Assembly: GCA_044222065.1 (NCBI GenBank)
Contig: JBGAOA010000008.1
Location: forward strand, 1-64,000
Length of the DNA stretch: 64,000 bases
Source: Candidatus Eiseniibacteriota bacterium
Lineage (GTDB): Bacteria; Eisenbacteria; RBG-16-71-46
Direction: 5' to 3'
Shown one piece after another: positions 36,601-50,459 of this stretch. The translations under genes and the position numbers were made by a program. The notes beneath the pieces were generated by a model. It did no database searches. It worked only from the letters and a program-made list of their open reading frames with translations, and had not been told where the DNA came from. Position 1 is the stretch's first letter. The number at the start of each line of letters is the position of its first letter.

Positions 36601-37521
36601 TCAGCGCCCGAGCGTTGCGAGCGCCTCGATCGCGATGCGCGCGGCTTCGGCGCCGGCGCGCGTCTGCGCCTCGCGCGTCGAGGCGCCGAGGTGCGGCAGC
36701 GCGAGCACGTTCGGAAGCGCGAGCAGCGGCGAGTCCGCCGGCGGCTCGCGCTCGAACACGTCGAGGCACGCGCCGCGAATCGTCCCGGCGACGAGCGCCT
36801 CGTGCAGCGCACGCTCGTCCACGGTGCCGCCGCGCGAGCAATTGACGACGATCGCGTCCTTCGGCAGGCGGGCGAGTTCCGCCGCGCCGATCATGCCGCG
36901 CGTCGCCTCGGTCAGCGGCACGTGCAGCGACAGCACGTTGCTCTCGGGAAGCAGCGCCTCGAGCGAGCGCGACTCCACGCGCTCGTACCCCGCCGGCCAC
37001 GCGGCGAGCGCCGGATCGTGCGCGAGCACGCGCAGGCCGAAGGCGTGCGCACGGTCGGCGACTTCGCGGCCGATGCGGCCGAAGCCGACGAGGCCGAGCG
37101 TACGGCCCGCGAGTTCGCGGCCGGCGAAGCGGCTCTTCTCCCAGCCGCCGCCGCGCGTGTCCGTCGCGGCCGCGACGACGTGGCGCTCGAACGCGAGCAA
37201 CAGCGCGAAGACGAGTTCCGCGACCGAGACCGCGTTCGCCGCCGGCGTGTTGAACACGCGGATGCCGAGGCGCTCGGCCGCGGCCGCGTCCACGTTGTCG
37301 AGTCCGGTCCCCGCGCGCACGACGACGCGCAGGGAGCCCGCGCGCTCGAGCACGTCGGCGGTCACCTTCGTCGCGCTGCGCACGAGCAGCGCGGCGCAGC
37401 CGTCGAGCGCCTCGACGAGCGCGTCGCCCGCGAGCCCGGTGCGCTCGACCGGCTCGTGCCCGGCCTCGCGCACGAGGCGCACGGCCGCGGCGTCGATGCG
37501 GTCCATCACGAGCACCTTCAC
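36601..37521 (-). CDS. serA: D-3-phosphoglycerate dehydrogenase-like 2-hydroxyacid dehydrogenase (short, no ACT domain)
   Basis: VRSATKV, RAGTGLDNVD, GFGRIG, NCSRGG, DVFEREP, PHLGAST. Confidence 0.8.
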   Translation of the reverse strand: MKVLVMDRIDAAAVRLVREAGHEPVERTGLAGDALVEALDGCAALLVRSATKVTADVLERAGSLRVVVRAGTGLDNVDAAAAERLGIRVFNTPAANAVSVAELVFALLLAFERHVVAAATDTRGGGWEKSRFAGRELAGRTLGLVGFGRIGREVADRAHAFGLRVLAHDPALAAWPAGYERVESRSLEALLPESNVLSLHVPLTEATRGMIGAAELARLPKDAIVVNCSRGGTVDERALHEALVAGTIRGACLDVFEREPPADSPLLALPNVLALPHLGASTREAQTRAGAEAARIAIEALATLGR

Positions 37522-37528
37522 GGCCGCC

Positions 37529-38617
37529 TCACGCCTTCGAACCGGCGAGCACCGCGCCGAGCGCGCCGATCACCGCGTGCACGTCGCCGAGGTCGTAGTG
37601 CCCCATGTGGCCGATGCGGAAGATGCGCCCCTTCAGCGCGTCCTGCCCGCCGGCGACGATCATGCCGTGCTCGTCGCGCAGCCGCTTCACGACCGACGAC
37701 GCCTCGACGCCCGCCGGCGGCAGCAGCGCCGTGACCGCGTTGGACGGCCGCGCGGCGAACGTCGTGCATCCGAGCGCACGCGCGCCGGCGCGCGTCGCCT
37801 CGGCCACGCGCGCGTGCCGCGCGTGCACGGCATCGAGGCCCTCCTCGCGAATCATCGCGAGCGCCTCGTCGAGCGCGAGCACGAGGCTCACGGGCGGCGT
37901 CCACGGCGTCTCGCCCACGGCGAGTCCCTTGCGCGCCTTCACGAGATCGAAGTAGAAGCGCGGCAGCCGCGCCCCCTCGATCGAGGCAGCGGCCGACGGC
38001 GCGAGGCTCACGGTCGCGAGGCCGGGCGGGATCATGAGCCCCTTCTGCGAACCGCACACGACGACGTCCACGCCCCACTCGTCCTGCGGCAGCGGGTGCA
38101 CGGCGAGGCTCGTGATCGCATCCACGACCAGCAGCGCGCCGTGCCGGTGAGCGATCTCCGCGAGCGCGCGCACGTCGTGGAGCGCGCCGGTCGACGTCTC
38201 GCTGTGCGTCGCGAACAGCGCGCGCGTCCCGGGCGACTTCGCGAGCGCCGCGTCGACCGCCGCGGGGTCCACCGACCGCCCCCACTCGACCGCCACGGTT
38301 TCGTGCGCGACGCCGTAGGCCGCGAGCAGCTTCGCCCAGCGCTCGCCGAACTTGCCGCCGAGCACGGCGAGGGCGCGATCACCCGGGGCGAGCAGGTTGA
38401 CGACGGCGGCTTCCATCGCGCCCGTGCCGGATGCGCCGAGGACGAACACCTCGCCGGCCGTGCCGTGCAGCTCGCGCAGCGCCTGGGTGACGCGCAGCAG
38501 CGTCTGGCGGAAGGCCTCGGTGCGGTGGTGCGGCGGCGTGGCCGAGAGCGCGCGCAGGATGCGCGGCGGGATCTCGACGGGGCCGGGAGTGAACAGTCGG
38601 GTCTTGATCGGGGTCAT
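37529..38617 (-). CDS. Class V PLP aminotransferase (alanine-glyoxylate / serine-pyruvate family)
   Basis: LFTPGP, SGTGAMEA, HSETSTG, VDAITS, GSQKGLMIPPG, FRIGHMG. Confidence 0.9.
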   Translation of the reverse strand: MTPIKTRLFTPGPVEIPPRILRALSATPPHHRTEAFRQTLLRVTQALRELHGTAGEVFVLGASGTGAMEAAVVNLLAPGDRALAVLGGKFGERWAKLLAAYGVAHETVAVEWGRSVDPAAVDAALAKSPGTRALFATHSETSTGALHDVRALAEIAHRHGALLVVDAITSLAVHPLPQDEWGVDVVVCGSQKGLMIPPGLATVSLAPSAAASIEGARLPRFYFDLVKARKGLAVGETPWTPPVSLVLALDEALAMIREEGLDAVHARHARVAEATRAGARALGCTTFAARPSNAVTALLPPAGVEASSVVKRLRDEHGMIVAGGQDALKGRIFRIGHMGHYDLGDVHAVIGALGAVLAGSKA

Positions 38618-38779
38618 CGGGCGCTCGGTCCTTCCGCGAGATCGGATCGCGCGCCGGAGCGGCGCGCGGGGCGGAGAGGATGCGTGCCCCGGGCCGGCAC
38701 GGTCAACCGCAACGCGGCGCGCGCACCGCAAACGCGAGAGGCCGGAGCGTGCGCTCCGGCCTCCGCGTCGCCGAACGGC

Positions 38780-41281
<2,502 letters not shown>

Positions 41282-41493
41282 TCGTTTCCTCGTGGCCCCT
41301 GAGGCCGGGGCGGTGTGGGTCGTCGGGAGGCGGGCGCCCCGCGCTCCTCGAACGTCATCGGCCCGTCGCGCGGCAGAATACACCGCACGCCGGGAACTGC
41401 GAGCCCGCGATCGGCGGCGGCGAAGCGCGGATCCGGGTGGAAAGCGCGATCCCCGCGGGCCTCGAGGCCCGCGGGGATCGGTACGGACGGGAC

Positions 41494-42753
<1,260 letters not shown>

Positions 42754-42774
42754 GGCTCTCCCGCCGAGATGGGC

Positions 42775-43359
42775 TTACGAACGCTTCTGGAGGACTTCGT
42801 CGACCAGCCCGTACGACTTCGCTTCATCCGCCGACATGAAATTGTTGCGGTCGGTGTCCTTCTCGAGCTGCTCGAGCGAACGGCCGCTGTGCTTCGCGAG
42901 GATGCCGTTGAGCTGCGAGCGGATCTTGAGCATTTCCTTCGTGTAGATCTCGATGTCGGTCGCCTGACCCTGCGTGCCGCCGAGCGGCTGGTGGATCATG
43001 ACGCGCGCGTTCGGGAGCGCCGAACGCTTCCCCGGCGCGCCGCCGGCGAGCAGCACCGCGCCCATGCTGGCGGCCTGACCGATGCAGAGCGTCGCCACGT
43101 CGGGCTTGATGAACTGCATCGTGTCGTAGATCGCGAGCCCGGCCGTGACGACCCCGCCGGGACTGTTGATGTACAGGTTGATGTCGCGATCCGGATCGTC
43201 GCCCTCGAGGAAGATCATCTGCGCCACGATCACGTTCGCGAGGTGATCGTCGATCGCGTCCCCGATGAAGATGATGCGGTCCTTGAGGAGCCGCGAGTAG
43301 ATGTCGTACGAACGCTCACCACGACCGGTCTGTTCGATGACGAAGGGAACGAGTCCCAT
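42775..43359 (-). CDS. clpP: Clp protease proteolytic subunit
   Basis: [33 protein letters not shown]. Confidence 0.98.
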   Translation of the reverse strand: MGLVPFVIEQTGRGERSYDIYSRLLKDRIIFIGDAIDDHLANVIVAQMIFLEGDDPDRDINLYINSPGGVVTAGLAIYDTMQFIKPDVATLCIGQAASMGAVLLAGGAPGKRSALPNARVMIHQPLGGTQGQATDIEIYTKEMLKIRSQLNGILAKHSGRSLEQLEKDTDRNNFMSADEAKSYGLVDEVLQKRS

Positions 43360-43451
43360 CTGATGCTCTCCCTGCGAGGAATCCGGAATCCGGGTCTCTC
43401 GGCTGCCTTCGAAGCCCCGATTGCTGCGTTGGCTCGGGTCCTCGAACGAGC

Positions 43452-44747
43452 CTAGCGTCCTGCCGGCACGACGAGGTTCGGCTCCGCCGACTCGGTCGTG
43501 AGGCTCGCGTGTTCGATGATCCAGTTCAGCGCCTTGCGCTCGAGCAACGACTCGGCGAGGCCCGTGCGGCGCTCCGCCGTCTGGTAGCGGGCCCGGACCC
43601 GGGCGGCCTGGCGGGGATCCGCCTGGCTCATCCGGTCGATTTCCGCCGCCACTTCGTCGTCCGACACGCTCAGGTTCTCCTGTCGTGCGACGCCGGCGAG
43701 CAGCAACTCGCGCTTCACCGACTTCTGCACGCTCGGACGATAGTGCTTCGCGAGCTCCTCGCGCAGCTTCTCGTCCACCTCGCGACCTTCCGTCGCCTCG
43801 GAAATCACGCGGTCCAGCATCCAGTTCTCGAGACGCTCCGGCAGCTCGAATTCGTTGCCGGCGAGCAACTGCTCGGACGCGGCCGTCTCCAGCTCGCGCT
43901 GGATCCGGGTCGCCTCCTCGCCTTCGAGGTTCCGGCGCACACGGGTTTCGAGGTCCGCCAGCGACGTCAGCCGGAAGACCTCTCGGGCGAGGTTATCGTC
44001 CAGGTCGCGGAGCTTCTTTTCCTGGATTTTCCGGACCCGGATCGCATAGCGATGCGTTTTGCCCGCCAGCTCGGCGTTCCCGTACTCCGCCGGGTACGTG
44101 ATCGCGATCGTGCGCTCTTGCCCTTCGGTGGCCCCGAGCAGGCCGTTCTCGAGGTCCGGCAGCATCTCGGGCGCCCCGAGCTGGACCCGGATGCCCTTCT
44201 GGCGGGTCGGCGTGAGGCGCCGGCCGTTGACGTCGAGCCGCACCGAGTCCATGAGCACGACGTCGCCGCGCTCGGCGGCGCGGTCCAGGTCCACGAACAC
44301 GGCCGTGTCCTGCCGCAGGCCCTCGAGCACGCGGGCGACGTCGGCGTCGCCGATCGGACGCTCGCGCTTCACGAGCTTCAGGTTCTTGTAGTTCTTCGCC
44401 TCGATCGCGGGGCGGACGTCCACCACGACCTCGAAGCGGAGCGGCTGTCCGGGCGTGAAGCGCAGGTTGCGCACCATCGGCGGGATGACGGGATCGAGGT
44501 TCTGCCCCGCGACCGCCTCCCCCGTCGCCTCGGGCAGGTAGTGCTCGAGGAACTCCTGCTCGATGAACTCGGCGTACTGCGAGCGCACCATGTCGAGCGG
44601 GACCTTGCCCTTGCGGAAGCCGGGAAGCGATGCGCGGGAGGCGACGCGGCGCGCCACCTGATCGAGTCGCTGGGCGACGACGTCGGAGGGAACCTCGACG
44701 TCGAGCGTGTGCTGCCAGGAGCCGGAATTGTGAGCCGTGACGTTCAT
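43452..44747 (-). CDS. tig: Trigger factor
   Basis: PGFRKGKVP ribosome-binding signature; canonical tRNA-Leu-tig-clpP-clpX-lon order. Confidence 0.93.
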   Translation of the reverse strand: MNVTAHNSGSWQHTLDVEVPSDVVAQRLDQVARRVASRASLPGFRKGKVPLDMVRSQYAEFIEQEFLEHYLPEATGEAVAGQNLDPVIPPMVRNLRFTPGQPLRFEVVVDVRPAIEAKNYKNLKLVKRERPIGDADVARVLEGLRQDTAVFVDLDRAAERGDVVLMDSVRLDVNGRRLTPTRQKGIRVQLGAPEMLPDLENGLLGATEGQERTIAITYPAEYGNAELAGKTHRYAIRVRKIQEKKLRDLDDNLAREVFRLTSLADLETRVRRNLEGEEATRIQRELETAASEQLLAGNEFELPERLENWMLDRVISEATEGREVDEKLREELAKHYRPSVQKSVKRELLLAGVARQENLSVSDDEVAAEIDRMSQADPRQAARVRARYQTAERRTGLAESLLERKALNWIIEHASLTTESAEPNLVVPAGR

Positions 44748-44790
44748 GAGGCGGCGTGGGTCTCCCTGATCACCGTGGGGAGGTTGGATG

Positions 44791-44872
44791 TGCGAGAGGG
44801 GGGATTTGAACCCCCACGAGTTTCCCCACTGGAACCTAAATCCAGCGCGTCTGCCAGTTCCGCCACTCTCGC
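44791..44872 (-). tRNA. tRNA-Leu (anticodon UAG)
   Basis: GCGAGAGTGGCGGAACTGGCAGACGCGCTGGA-TTTAGGT-TCCAGTGGGGAAACTCGTGGGGGTTCAAATCCCCCCTCTCGCA; long variable arm; CCA not encoded. Confidence 0.95.
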
Positions 44873-44999
44873 GAACGGAGTGCTCCCGCAATGCCCTGCG
44901 GGGGACGGAATCGCTCTGGACGCGGCGTGGCGCCGGACGATTTCAAATGAAGACGCGTCGCAGCGCGATCGGTCGTGTCGGTACGGAAAATCGCGGCGC

Positions 45000-45010
45000 A
45001 GTATAGCACA
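45000..45010 (-). promoter_or_regulatory. Extended -10 promoter for tRNA-Leu/tig
   Basis: TGTGCTATACT (TGn-TATACT) on the minus strand upstream of the tRNA. Confidence 0.45.
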
Positions 45011-45075
45011 GCGTTCGCGAGCGCCCGGGACGGCCCCGGAGCCGGTCCGGGCGCTCGCACGATCGTCCGAACGCT

Positions 45076-46263
45076 TCAGAACGACTGCGACACGCTGACG
45101 ACGACGCGATCGTCGTACGAACGCGGCTGGTCGGCGCGCTCGATCGAACGATGCGTCACGCCGAGGTCGATGCGCGTCGTGTCGAGCAGCCACGAGCCGC
45201 CGGCGGCGAGCACCGTCGCCCGCGACTCCGCGACGCCGCGCTCGATCTCGACGCCGCCGCCGAAGCGCGCCGACCACGGATCGCGCGAATCGTGGTAGTC
45301 GAGCCCGAGCTTCCACTCGGACGCGTCCCCGCTCGCGGCGGTGAAGCCCGCCGTAGGCGACAACATCGAGTAGACGAGGCGGTCCTCCCACGCCATCCCC
45401 GACCGTCCCCCGAGCGACGCGAGCGCCCGTGAGGCCTCCGTGAGCTGGAAGCGCACCGACACGCCGTACTCCCACGCGCTCGCGCGCACGACCGAGATCG
45501 GAACGTCTTCTTCGAGCACGAGGAGCGACTGGTTTCGCCGGCCCTCGCACTCGAGTTCGGGGATCGCGCGGAAGCCGACGCCGACGTCGGCGCCGAGCGG
45601 GCCCTCGGGACCGATCCGCGAGCGCAGTCCGAGCGTGAAGCCGATCGCATCACCGGAGAATTCGGCGTGCTTCGTCCCCGCGGTCGGCGCGCCCGACGTC
45701 TCCTCGGTGTCGTATTCGTCGTCGCGCTGCGTCCACTCGATGCCGGCGCCGAGCCGGTGCCGTCCGCGCCCGTAAGACAGCGCGGCGCCCGCGCGCCGTT
45801 CGCGCACCGTGAACTGCGCGCTCACGGTCCCGGGATTGAGGAACGGATCGCCTTGCGAGAAGGCGTAGTCGCCGCGCTGCGTGACGGGCTGGTGCGCGTA
45901 CGCCGCGAACCCCCAGCCGCGCCAGCCGCCGCGCACCGCGAGTCCCGCGCCGTCGAGGAACGCTGGCGTCTCGTCGAACTCACGGTTCGAGCGCGCGAGA
46001 TCCTGTCGGCTGCCGTGCACGAGCGCGGGCGACACCTCGACCTCGTTGCGCGGCGCGATCGCGGGATTGTCGAACGGACCTTCGCCGAGCCAGCGGTCGG
46101 CGAGCGCGAGCCCCGCGCTCGTGGCGGAGGCCGGCTGCGTGAAGCCGCCCGGGAACGGGAACAGCGTGCTCGTGATCGGGGGCGGCGGCGCGGCGCTCGC
46201 GCCCGCGGCCCACAGGCACGCGAACGCGGCCGCGAGGGCGGGCGCGAAGTTGCGTCTCTTCAT
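45076..46263 (-). CDS. Outer-membrane beta-barrel (FadL/PorV-like)
   Basis: Signal peptide, N-terminal SATSAGLALA...FDNPA plug-like motif, amphipathic strands, C-terminal Phe. Confidence 0.6.
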   Translation of the reverse strand: MKRRNFAPALAAAFACLWAAGASAAPPPPITSTLFPFPGGFTQPASATSAGLALADRWLGEGPFDNPAIAPRNEVEVSPALVHGSRQDLARSNREFDETPAFLDGAGLAVRGGWRGWGFAAYAHQPVTQRGDYAFSQGDPFLNPGTVSAQFTVRERRAGAALSYGRGRHRLGAGIEWTQRDDEYDTEETSGAPTAGTKHAEFSGDAIGFTLGLRSRIGPEGPLGADVGVGFRAIPELECEGRRNQSLLVLEEDVPISVVRASAWEYGVSVRFQLTEASRALASLGGRSGMAWEDRLVYSMLSPTAGFTAASGDASEWKLGLDYHDSRDPWSARFGGGVEIERGVAESRATVLAAGGSWLLDTTRIDLGVTHRSIERADQPRSYDDRVVVSVSQSF

Positions 46264-47481
46264 TCAGGCTCCGTACTTGTCGAGACGCCCGGCGTTCGCG
46301 AGCAGTACCGCAATCAAGTCCTTGCTCGCAAGGGTTCCGAGGCCGCCGCCGCGACAATTCTTCTCGTGGAAGCGGTCGAATCCGTCCATGAAGCAGTTCG
46401 GCCCGTGGACGAGCGCCGGGATCGGGTGCCAGGAGTGCCCCTTCATGGGCACCGGCGTCGAATGGTCGCCGGTCACGCACAGCACCGTGGGCCCGAGTTC
46501 GAGCAGCTTCGGCAGCGCCGCGTCGGCCGACTCGATCACGGCGATCTTGGCGTCGAAGTTCCCGTCCTCCCCGGCCATGTCCGTGCCCTTGACGTGCAGG
46601 AAGAAGTAGTCGTGGTCCTTCCACAGCGTGGACGCCAGCGCGATCGCGTCCGCCGCGGTCTCCCCCGCCGGCACTTTCACGTCCATGCCGGCGAGCTGCG
46701 CGACGCCGCGATACATCGGGTACGCCGCGATCGCCGCCGCGCGCAGCTTGAAGCGCTCGCGGTAGCCCGCGAACGTCGGGCGCTCCGAGAGCCCGCGCAT
46801 CATCGCGGCGTTCGCCGGCTTCTCGGCTGCGAGCGCCTGCGCCGCCGCGCGCGTCCAGGCGTTCACGACGCGCGCGGTCTTCGCGTGCGTCGGTCCGGCG
46901 GTCAGCGGCTTCGCATCCGGGATCGGCTTCCCCTCCTTGTGCGGATCGGCGTCGCTCACGTCGCCGCCGAGTCCCGCGCCACGGAACACCGCGACGAAGC
47001 GGTGGCCCTTCCCCGCCTGCAGCACGACCTCGACGTCCTCGACGCGCCCGCACTTCCGCTTCAGGGTCTCGACGAGCGTCGCGCACGTTTCGCTCGCGAT
47101 GCGGCCCGCGCGGCGATCCGTCACGATGCCGCCGCCGTCCACGGTGCAGAAGTTCGCGCGCGCGGCGACGTCGCCGGGCTTGAGTTCGATGCCGGCGCCG
47201 AGCGCCTCGAGCACGCCGCGCCCGACCTGCGTCGTCACCGGGTCGTAGCCGAACAGCCCGAGGTGGCCGGGACCGCTGCCCGGCGTGATCCCGGGCGACA
47301 CCGGCGTGAGGCGGCCGAGGGCGCTCTTCGGCGCGAGGCGGTCGAGGTTCGGCGTCTTCGCCGCTTCGAGCGGCGTGCGGCCGCCGCGCTCGGCGTTCGG
47401 CAGGTCGCCGAGCCCGTCCAGCACGAGCAGCACGATCTTCGAATCGTTCTCGAGAACGAGGGATTCCAGCACGGAGGACAC
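46264..47481 (-). CDS. apgM: 2,3-bisphosphoglycerate-independent phosphoglycerate mutase (ApgM type)
   Basis: LDGLGD, TPLEAAKTPNLD, PGSGPGHLGLFGYDP, HVKGTDMAGEDG, TGDHSTP, HSWHP. Confidence 0.92.
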   Translation of the reverse strand: MSSVLESLVLENDSKIVLLVLDGLGDLPNAERGGRTPLEAAKTPNLDRLAPKSALGRLTPVSPGITPGSGPGHLGLFGYDPVTTQVGRGVLEALGAGIELKPGDVAARANFCTVDGGGIVTDRRAGRIASETCATLVETLKRKCGRVEDVEVVLQAGKGHRFVAVFRGAGLGGDVSDADPHKEGKPIPDAKPLTAGPTHAKTARVVNAWTRAAAQALAAEKPANAAMMRGLSERPTFAGYRERFKLRAAAIAAYPMYRGVAQLAGMDVKVPAGETAADAIALASTLWKDHDYFFLHVKGTDMAGEDGNFDAKIAVIESADAALPKLLELGPTVLCVTGDHSTPVPMKGHSWHPIPALVHGPNCFMDGFDRFHEKNCRGGGLGTLASKDLIAVLLANAGRLDKYGA

Positions 47482-47560
47482 GGGATCGCTCCTGTTCGAG
47501 TGCGGTTGCGCGCGACGCGTGTCGCGCGGAGCGGACTCTAGAGGAAGCGCCCGCGCGCCG

Positions 47561-48097
47561 TCACGCCCCGAGGCCGTAGCGCTCGACGAGCAATGCATGG
47601 TGGTGCCGCTCGTGACCCGCGATGATCCACGCGAGCGCGCGCACGCTCACCGGCTGGCCGCTCGCCGTGCCGCGCCGCAGCAGCGCGTCCGCGTCGAGCG
47701 CGCGAAACAGCGCGAGCGTCGCCGCGCGCACCGCGGCGAACTCGGCGGCGAGCGACTCGACCGGCCGCGCGTCGAAGCGTCCCGCCGGCACGTACGCGTT
47801 CTCGTCGAACCCGGCGAGCGGCGTCTCGTCGGCGCGCGCGATGCGCAGCGCGCGGTAGGCGAACACGCGCTCGGCGTCGCTCACGTGGCCGAGCACTTCC
47901 TTCACGCTCCACTTGCCGGGTGCGTAGCGATGCAGCGCGCGCGCGTCGTCGAGCCCGCGCACGAGCCGCAGCGTGTCCTCGGCCTGCGTCGCGAGGCTCG
48001 CGAGCGCATCGTCGTGCGGGACCTTCTCGATGTACTTGCCGTAGTACGGGGCGTACTCGCCGGCGGCAGGGCGGGCGATCGCGAGCGAATCGGGCAT
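47561..48097 (-). CDS. DinB/YfiT family protein
   Basis: EYAPYYGKYI, YAPGKWSVKEVLGHVSDAER, AGHERHH. Confidence 0.88.
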   Translation of the reverse strand: MPDSLAIARPAAGEYAPYYGKYIEKVPHDDALASLATQAEDTLRLVRGLDDARALHRYAPGKWSVKEVLGHVSDAERVFAYRALRIARADETPLAGFDENAYVPAGRFDARPVESLAAEFAAVRAATLALFRALDADALLRRGTASGQPVSVRALAWIIAGHERHHHALLVERYGLGA

Positions 48098-48226
48098 GCG
48101 TCCTCCGGAGTGGCGTGGCGGCGGCGCGGGCACGCTAGCAGAGTCGCGCGGCGCTTGTGGCGCTCCGCGCCATCTCCTAGGCTGCCGCGCGTCGTCGAAA
48201 CCTCCTCCCACACCCGGAGCGTGCGC

Positions 48227-49093
48227 ATGGCGATCCAGAAAGTCGGCGTGGTGGGCTGCGGCCTGATGGGCAGCGGCATCGCGCAGGTGAGCGCCGCGGC
48301 GGGCTTCCCGACCGTGGTGCGCGAAGTGTCCCCGAACGCGCTCGAGAAGGGCCTCGGGATGATCCGCAAGTTCCTCGCGGGCGGCGTCGAGAAGGGCAAG
48401 CTCGCGCAGGCCGACATGGACCGCACGCTCGCGAACCTGTCGGGCACGACCGACCTCGGCGCGTTCGCCGACTGCGATCTCGTGATCGAGGCGATCGTCG
48501 AGCACCTGCCGGCGAAGAAGGAACTGCTCGGGACGCTCGACGCGCTCGTAAAGCCGGGCGCGGTCTTCGCGTCGAACACGTCCAGCCTCTCGATCACCGA
48601 GATGAGCACGTACGTGAAGCGCGCCGATCGCTTCCTCGGTCTGCACTTCTTCAATCCCGTCCCGCTCATGAAGCTCGTCGAGGTCGTGAAGACGGTGCGC
48701 ACGGACGCCGCGGCGGTCGCCGAGGCGAACGCGTGGTGCCTCGCGATCGGGAAGACGGCGGTGAACTGCGGGGACTCGACCGGCTTCGTCGTGAACCGCC
48801 TGCTCGTCCCCTACATGCTCGACGCCGTGCGCGTGTTCTCGCAGGGGCTCGCGAGCCGCGACGACATCGACAACGCCATGAAGCTCGGCTGCGGCTATCC
48901 GATGGGTCCGCTGCTGCTCACGGACTACGTCGGGCTCGACACGACGTACTACATCTCCGAGATCATGTTCGACGAGTTCAAGGAGCCGCGCTTCGCGGCG
49001 CCGCCGCTCCTGAAACGCATGGTGCTCGCCGGGATGCTCGGCCGGAAGAGCGGCCGCGGCTTCTACGACTGGTCCACGAACCCGCCGTCCTGA
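48227..49093 (+). CDS. hbd: 3-hydroxybutyryl-CoA dehydrogenase
   Basis: VVGCGLMGSGIA, VIEAIVE, ASNTSS, GLHFFNP, GFVVNRLL, YPMGP, GRKSGRGFY. Confidence 0.93.
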   Translation: MAIQKVGVVGCGLMGSGIAQVSAAAGFPTVVREVSPNALEKGLGMIRKFLAGGVEKGKLAQADMDRTLANLSGTTDLGAFADCDLVIEAIVEHLPAKKELLGTLDALVKPGAVFASNTSSLSITEMSTYVKRADRFLGLHFFNPVPLMKLVEVVKTVRTDAAAVAEANAWCLAIGKTAVNCGDSTGFVVNRLLVPYMLDAVRVFSQGLASRDDIDNAMKLGCGYPMGPLLLTDYVGLDTTYYISEIMFDEFKEPRFAAPPLLKRMVLAGMLGRKSGRGFYDWSTNPPS

Positions 49094-49119
49094 GCGTCCC
49101 TCCCGCGATCGGAGTCCGC

Positions 49120-49977
49120 ATGTCCCGCACGAAACCCAGTCTTCGCCTCGCCGTGCTCGGCGCCGGGCAGCTCGGCGAGACGCTCGTCCGCGGCCTGCTC
49201 GAGGCGCGCCTCGTCGAAGGCGCGCACGTCGCCGTCACCGCGGCCCACCCGGAACGCGTGAGCGACCTCGAGCGCCGGCTCGGCGTGCGCGGCGCGCGCT
49301 CGAACGCGGCCGCCGTCCGCGGCGCCGACGTCGTGCTGCTGTCGGTGAAGCCGCAGCAGGTCGTGCCGGTGCTGCGCGAAGCCGGTCCGAAGCTCGTCGC
49401 CGGACAGCTCCTGATCTCGGTCGCCTCGTCGGTCACGACGGACGTACTCGAGCGCCACGTCCGGCGCGGCGTCGCCGTCGTGCGCGCGATGCCGAACACG
49501 CCCGCGCTCGTGCGCCAGGGCATGACGGCGATCGCGGGCGGGCGGCACGCGAGCCCCGATCACCTGCGGCGCGCCGCGTCGCTGTTCGACGCCGTCGGGC
49601 GCACGGTCGTCGTGGACGAGCGCCACATGGACGCGGTGACCGGACTCTCGGCGAGCGGGCCCGCGTTCCTCTACATCGTGATCGAGTCGCTCGCGGACGG
49701 GGGCGTGAAGGTCGGGCTGCCGCGCGAAACGGCGACGCTGCTCGCGGCGCAGACCGTGCTCGGCTCGGGCGCGATGGTGCTCGAGACGCGCGAGCATCCC
49801 GCGCGCCTCAAGGACGCCGTGACGACGCCGAGCGGCACGACGATCGACGGCATCCTCGAGCTCGAGGACGGCGGCTTGCGCGTCGCGCTCATCAAGGCGG
49901 TCGTGCGCGCGACGCGGCGCGCGGGAGAGCGCACGCAGGAGCTGCTCGAGGGCGCGCGCGCGACGAAACGCCGATGA
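49120..49977 (+). CDS. proC: Pyrroline-5-carboxylate reductase
   Basis: LGAGQLG, SVKPQ, VRAMPNTP, TGLSASGPA, VTTPSGTT. Confidence 0.93.
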   Translation: MSRTKPSLRLAVLGAGQLGETLVRGLLEARLVEGAHVAVTAAHPERVSDLERRLGVRGARSNAAAVRGADVVLLSVKPQQVVPVLREAGPKLVAGQLLISVASSVTTDVLERHVRRGVAVVRAMPNTPALVRQGMTAIAGGRHASPDHLRRAASLFDAVGRTVVVDERHMDAVTGLSASGPAFLYIVIESLADGGVKVGLPRETATLLAAQTVLGSGAMVLETREHPARLKDAVTTPSGTTIDGILELEDGGLRVALIKAVVRATRRAGERTQELLEGARATKRR

Positions 49978-50459
49978 TCGCCGACCCCGAGCGGCGCGGC
50001 GCCTCGCTCGCCGAGTTCCACTTCGCGGTGTCGCCGCGGCTCTGGGACGAGATCGTCGCGAGCGGCGCGCTGAGCGCTCCGGCGCCCGCGGCCCGCGACG
50101 AATGGGAGTGCTTCGCGCTCTACGCGTGCGTGCGGGGTCTCGTCGCCGCGGGCGGCTTCAACCGCGAGACCGCGCGGGCCGTGGATGCGCTGCACGAAGC
50201 GGTGCTGACGCGCTGGGCCGCGGACGACGAGGCGCGCTTCGACGAGCGCCGCGGGCGCGTGGCCGAGCGCTACGCGGAATACGGCGGCATCGGCGAGGCG
50301 GGCGGCGCCTCGGGTGCGGCGACCGTGACCGCGCGTCTCGGCGCGGCGTGCGCCGCGCACCTCGCGAGCGCGCCGGCCGACGGGCTCGCGGAACTCGTCG
50401 GTGCGCTGCACGAGACGCTCGCCGAGGGCGCCGCCGAAGCCGTGAGGTGCGCCGAATGA
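49974..50459 (+). CDS. Hypothetical helical protein
   Basis: ATGA overlaps with proC and with the next gene; ordinary protein composition; no family recognised. Confidence 0.65.
   Translation: MIADPERRGASLAEFHFAVSPRLWDEIVASGALSAPAPAARDEWECFALYACVRGLVAAGGFNRETARAVDALHEAVLTRWAADDEARFDERRGRVAERYAEYGGIGEAGGASGAATVTARLGAACAAHLASAPADGLAELVGALHETLAEGAAEAVRCAE

Noticed and set aside
44788..44791. tRNA-Leu lacking an encoded CCA as a pseudogene
   Set aside because: The cloverleaf is intact, and CCA is often added post-transcriptionally in bacteria.
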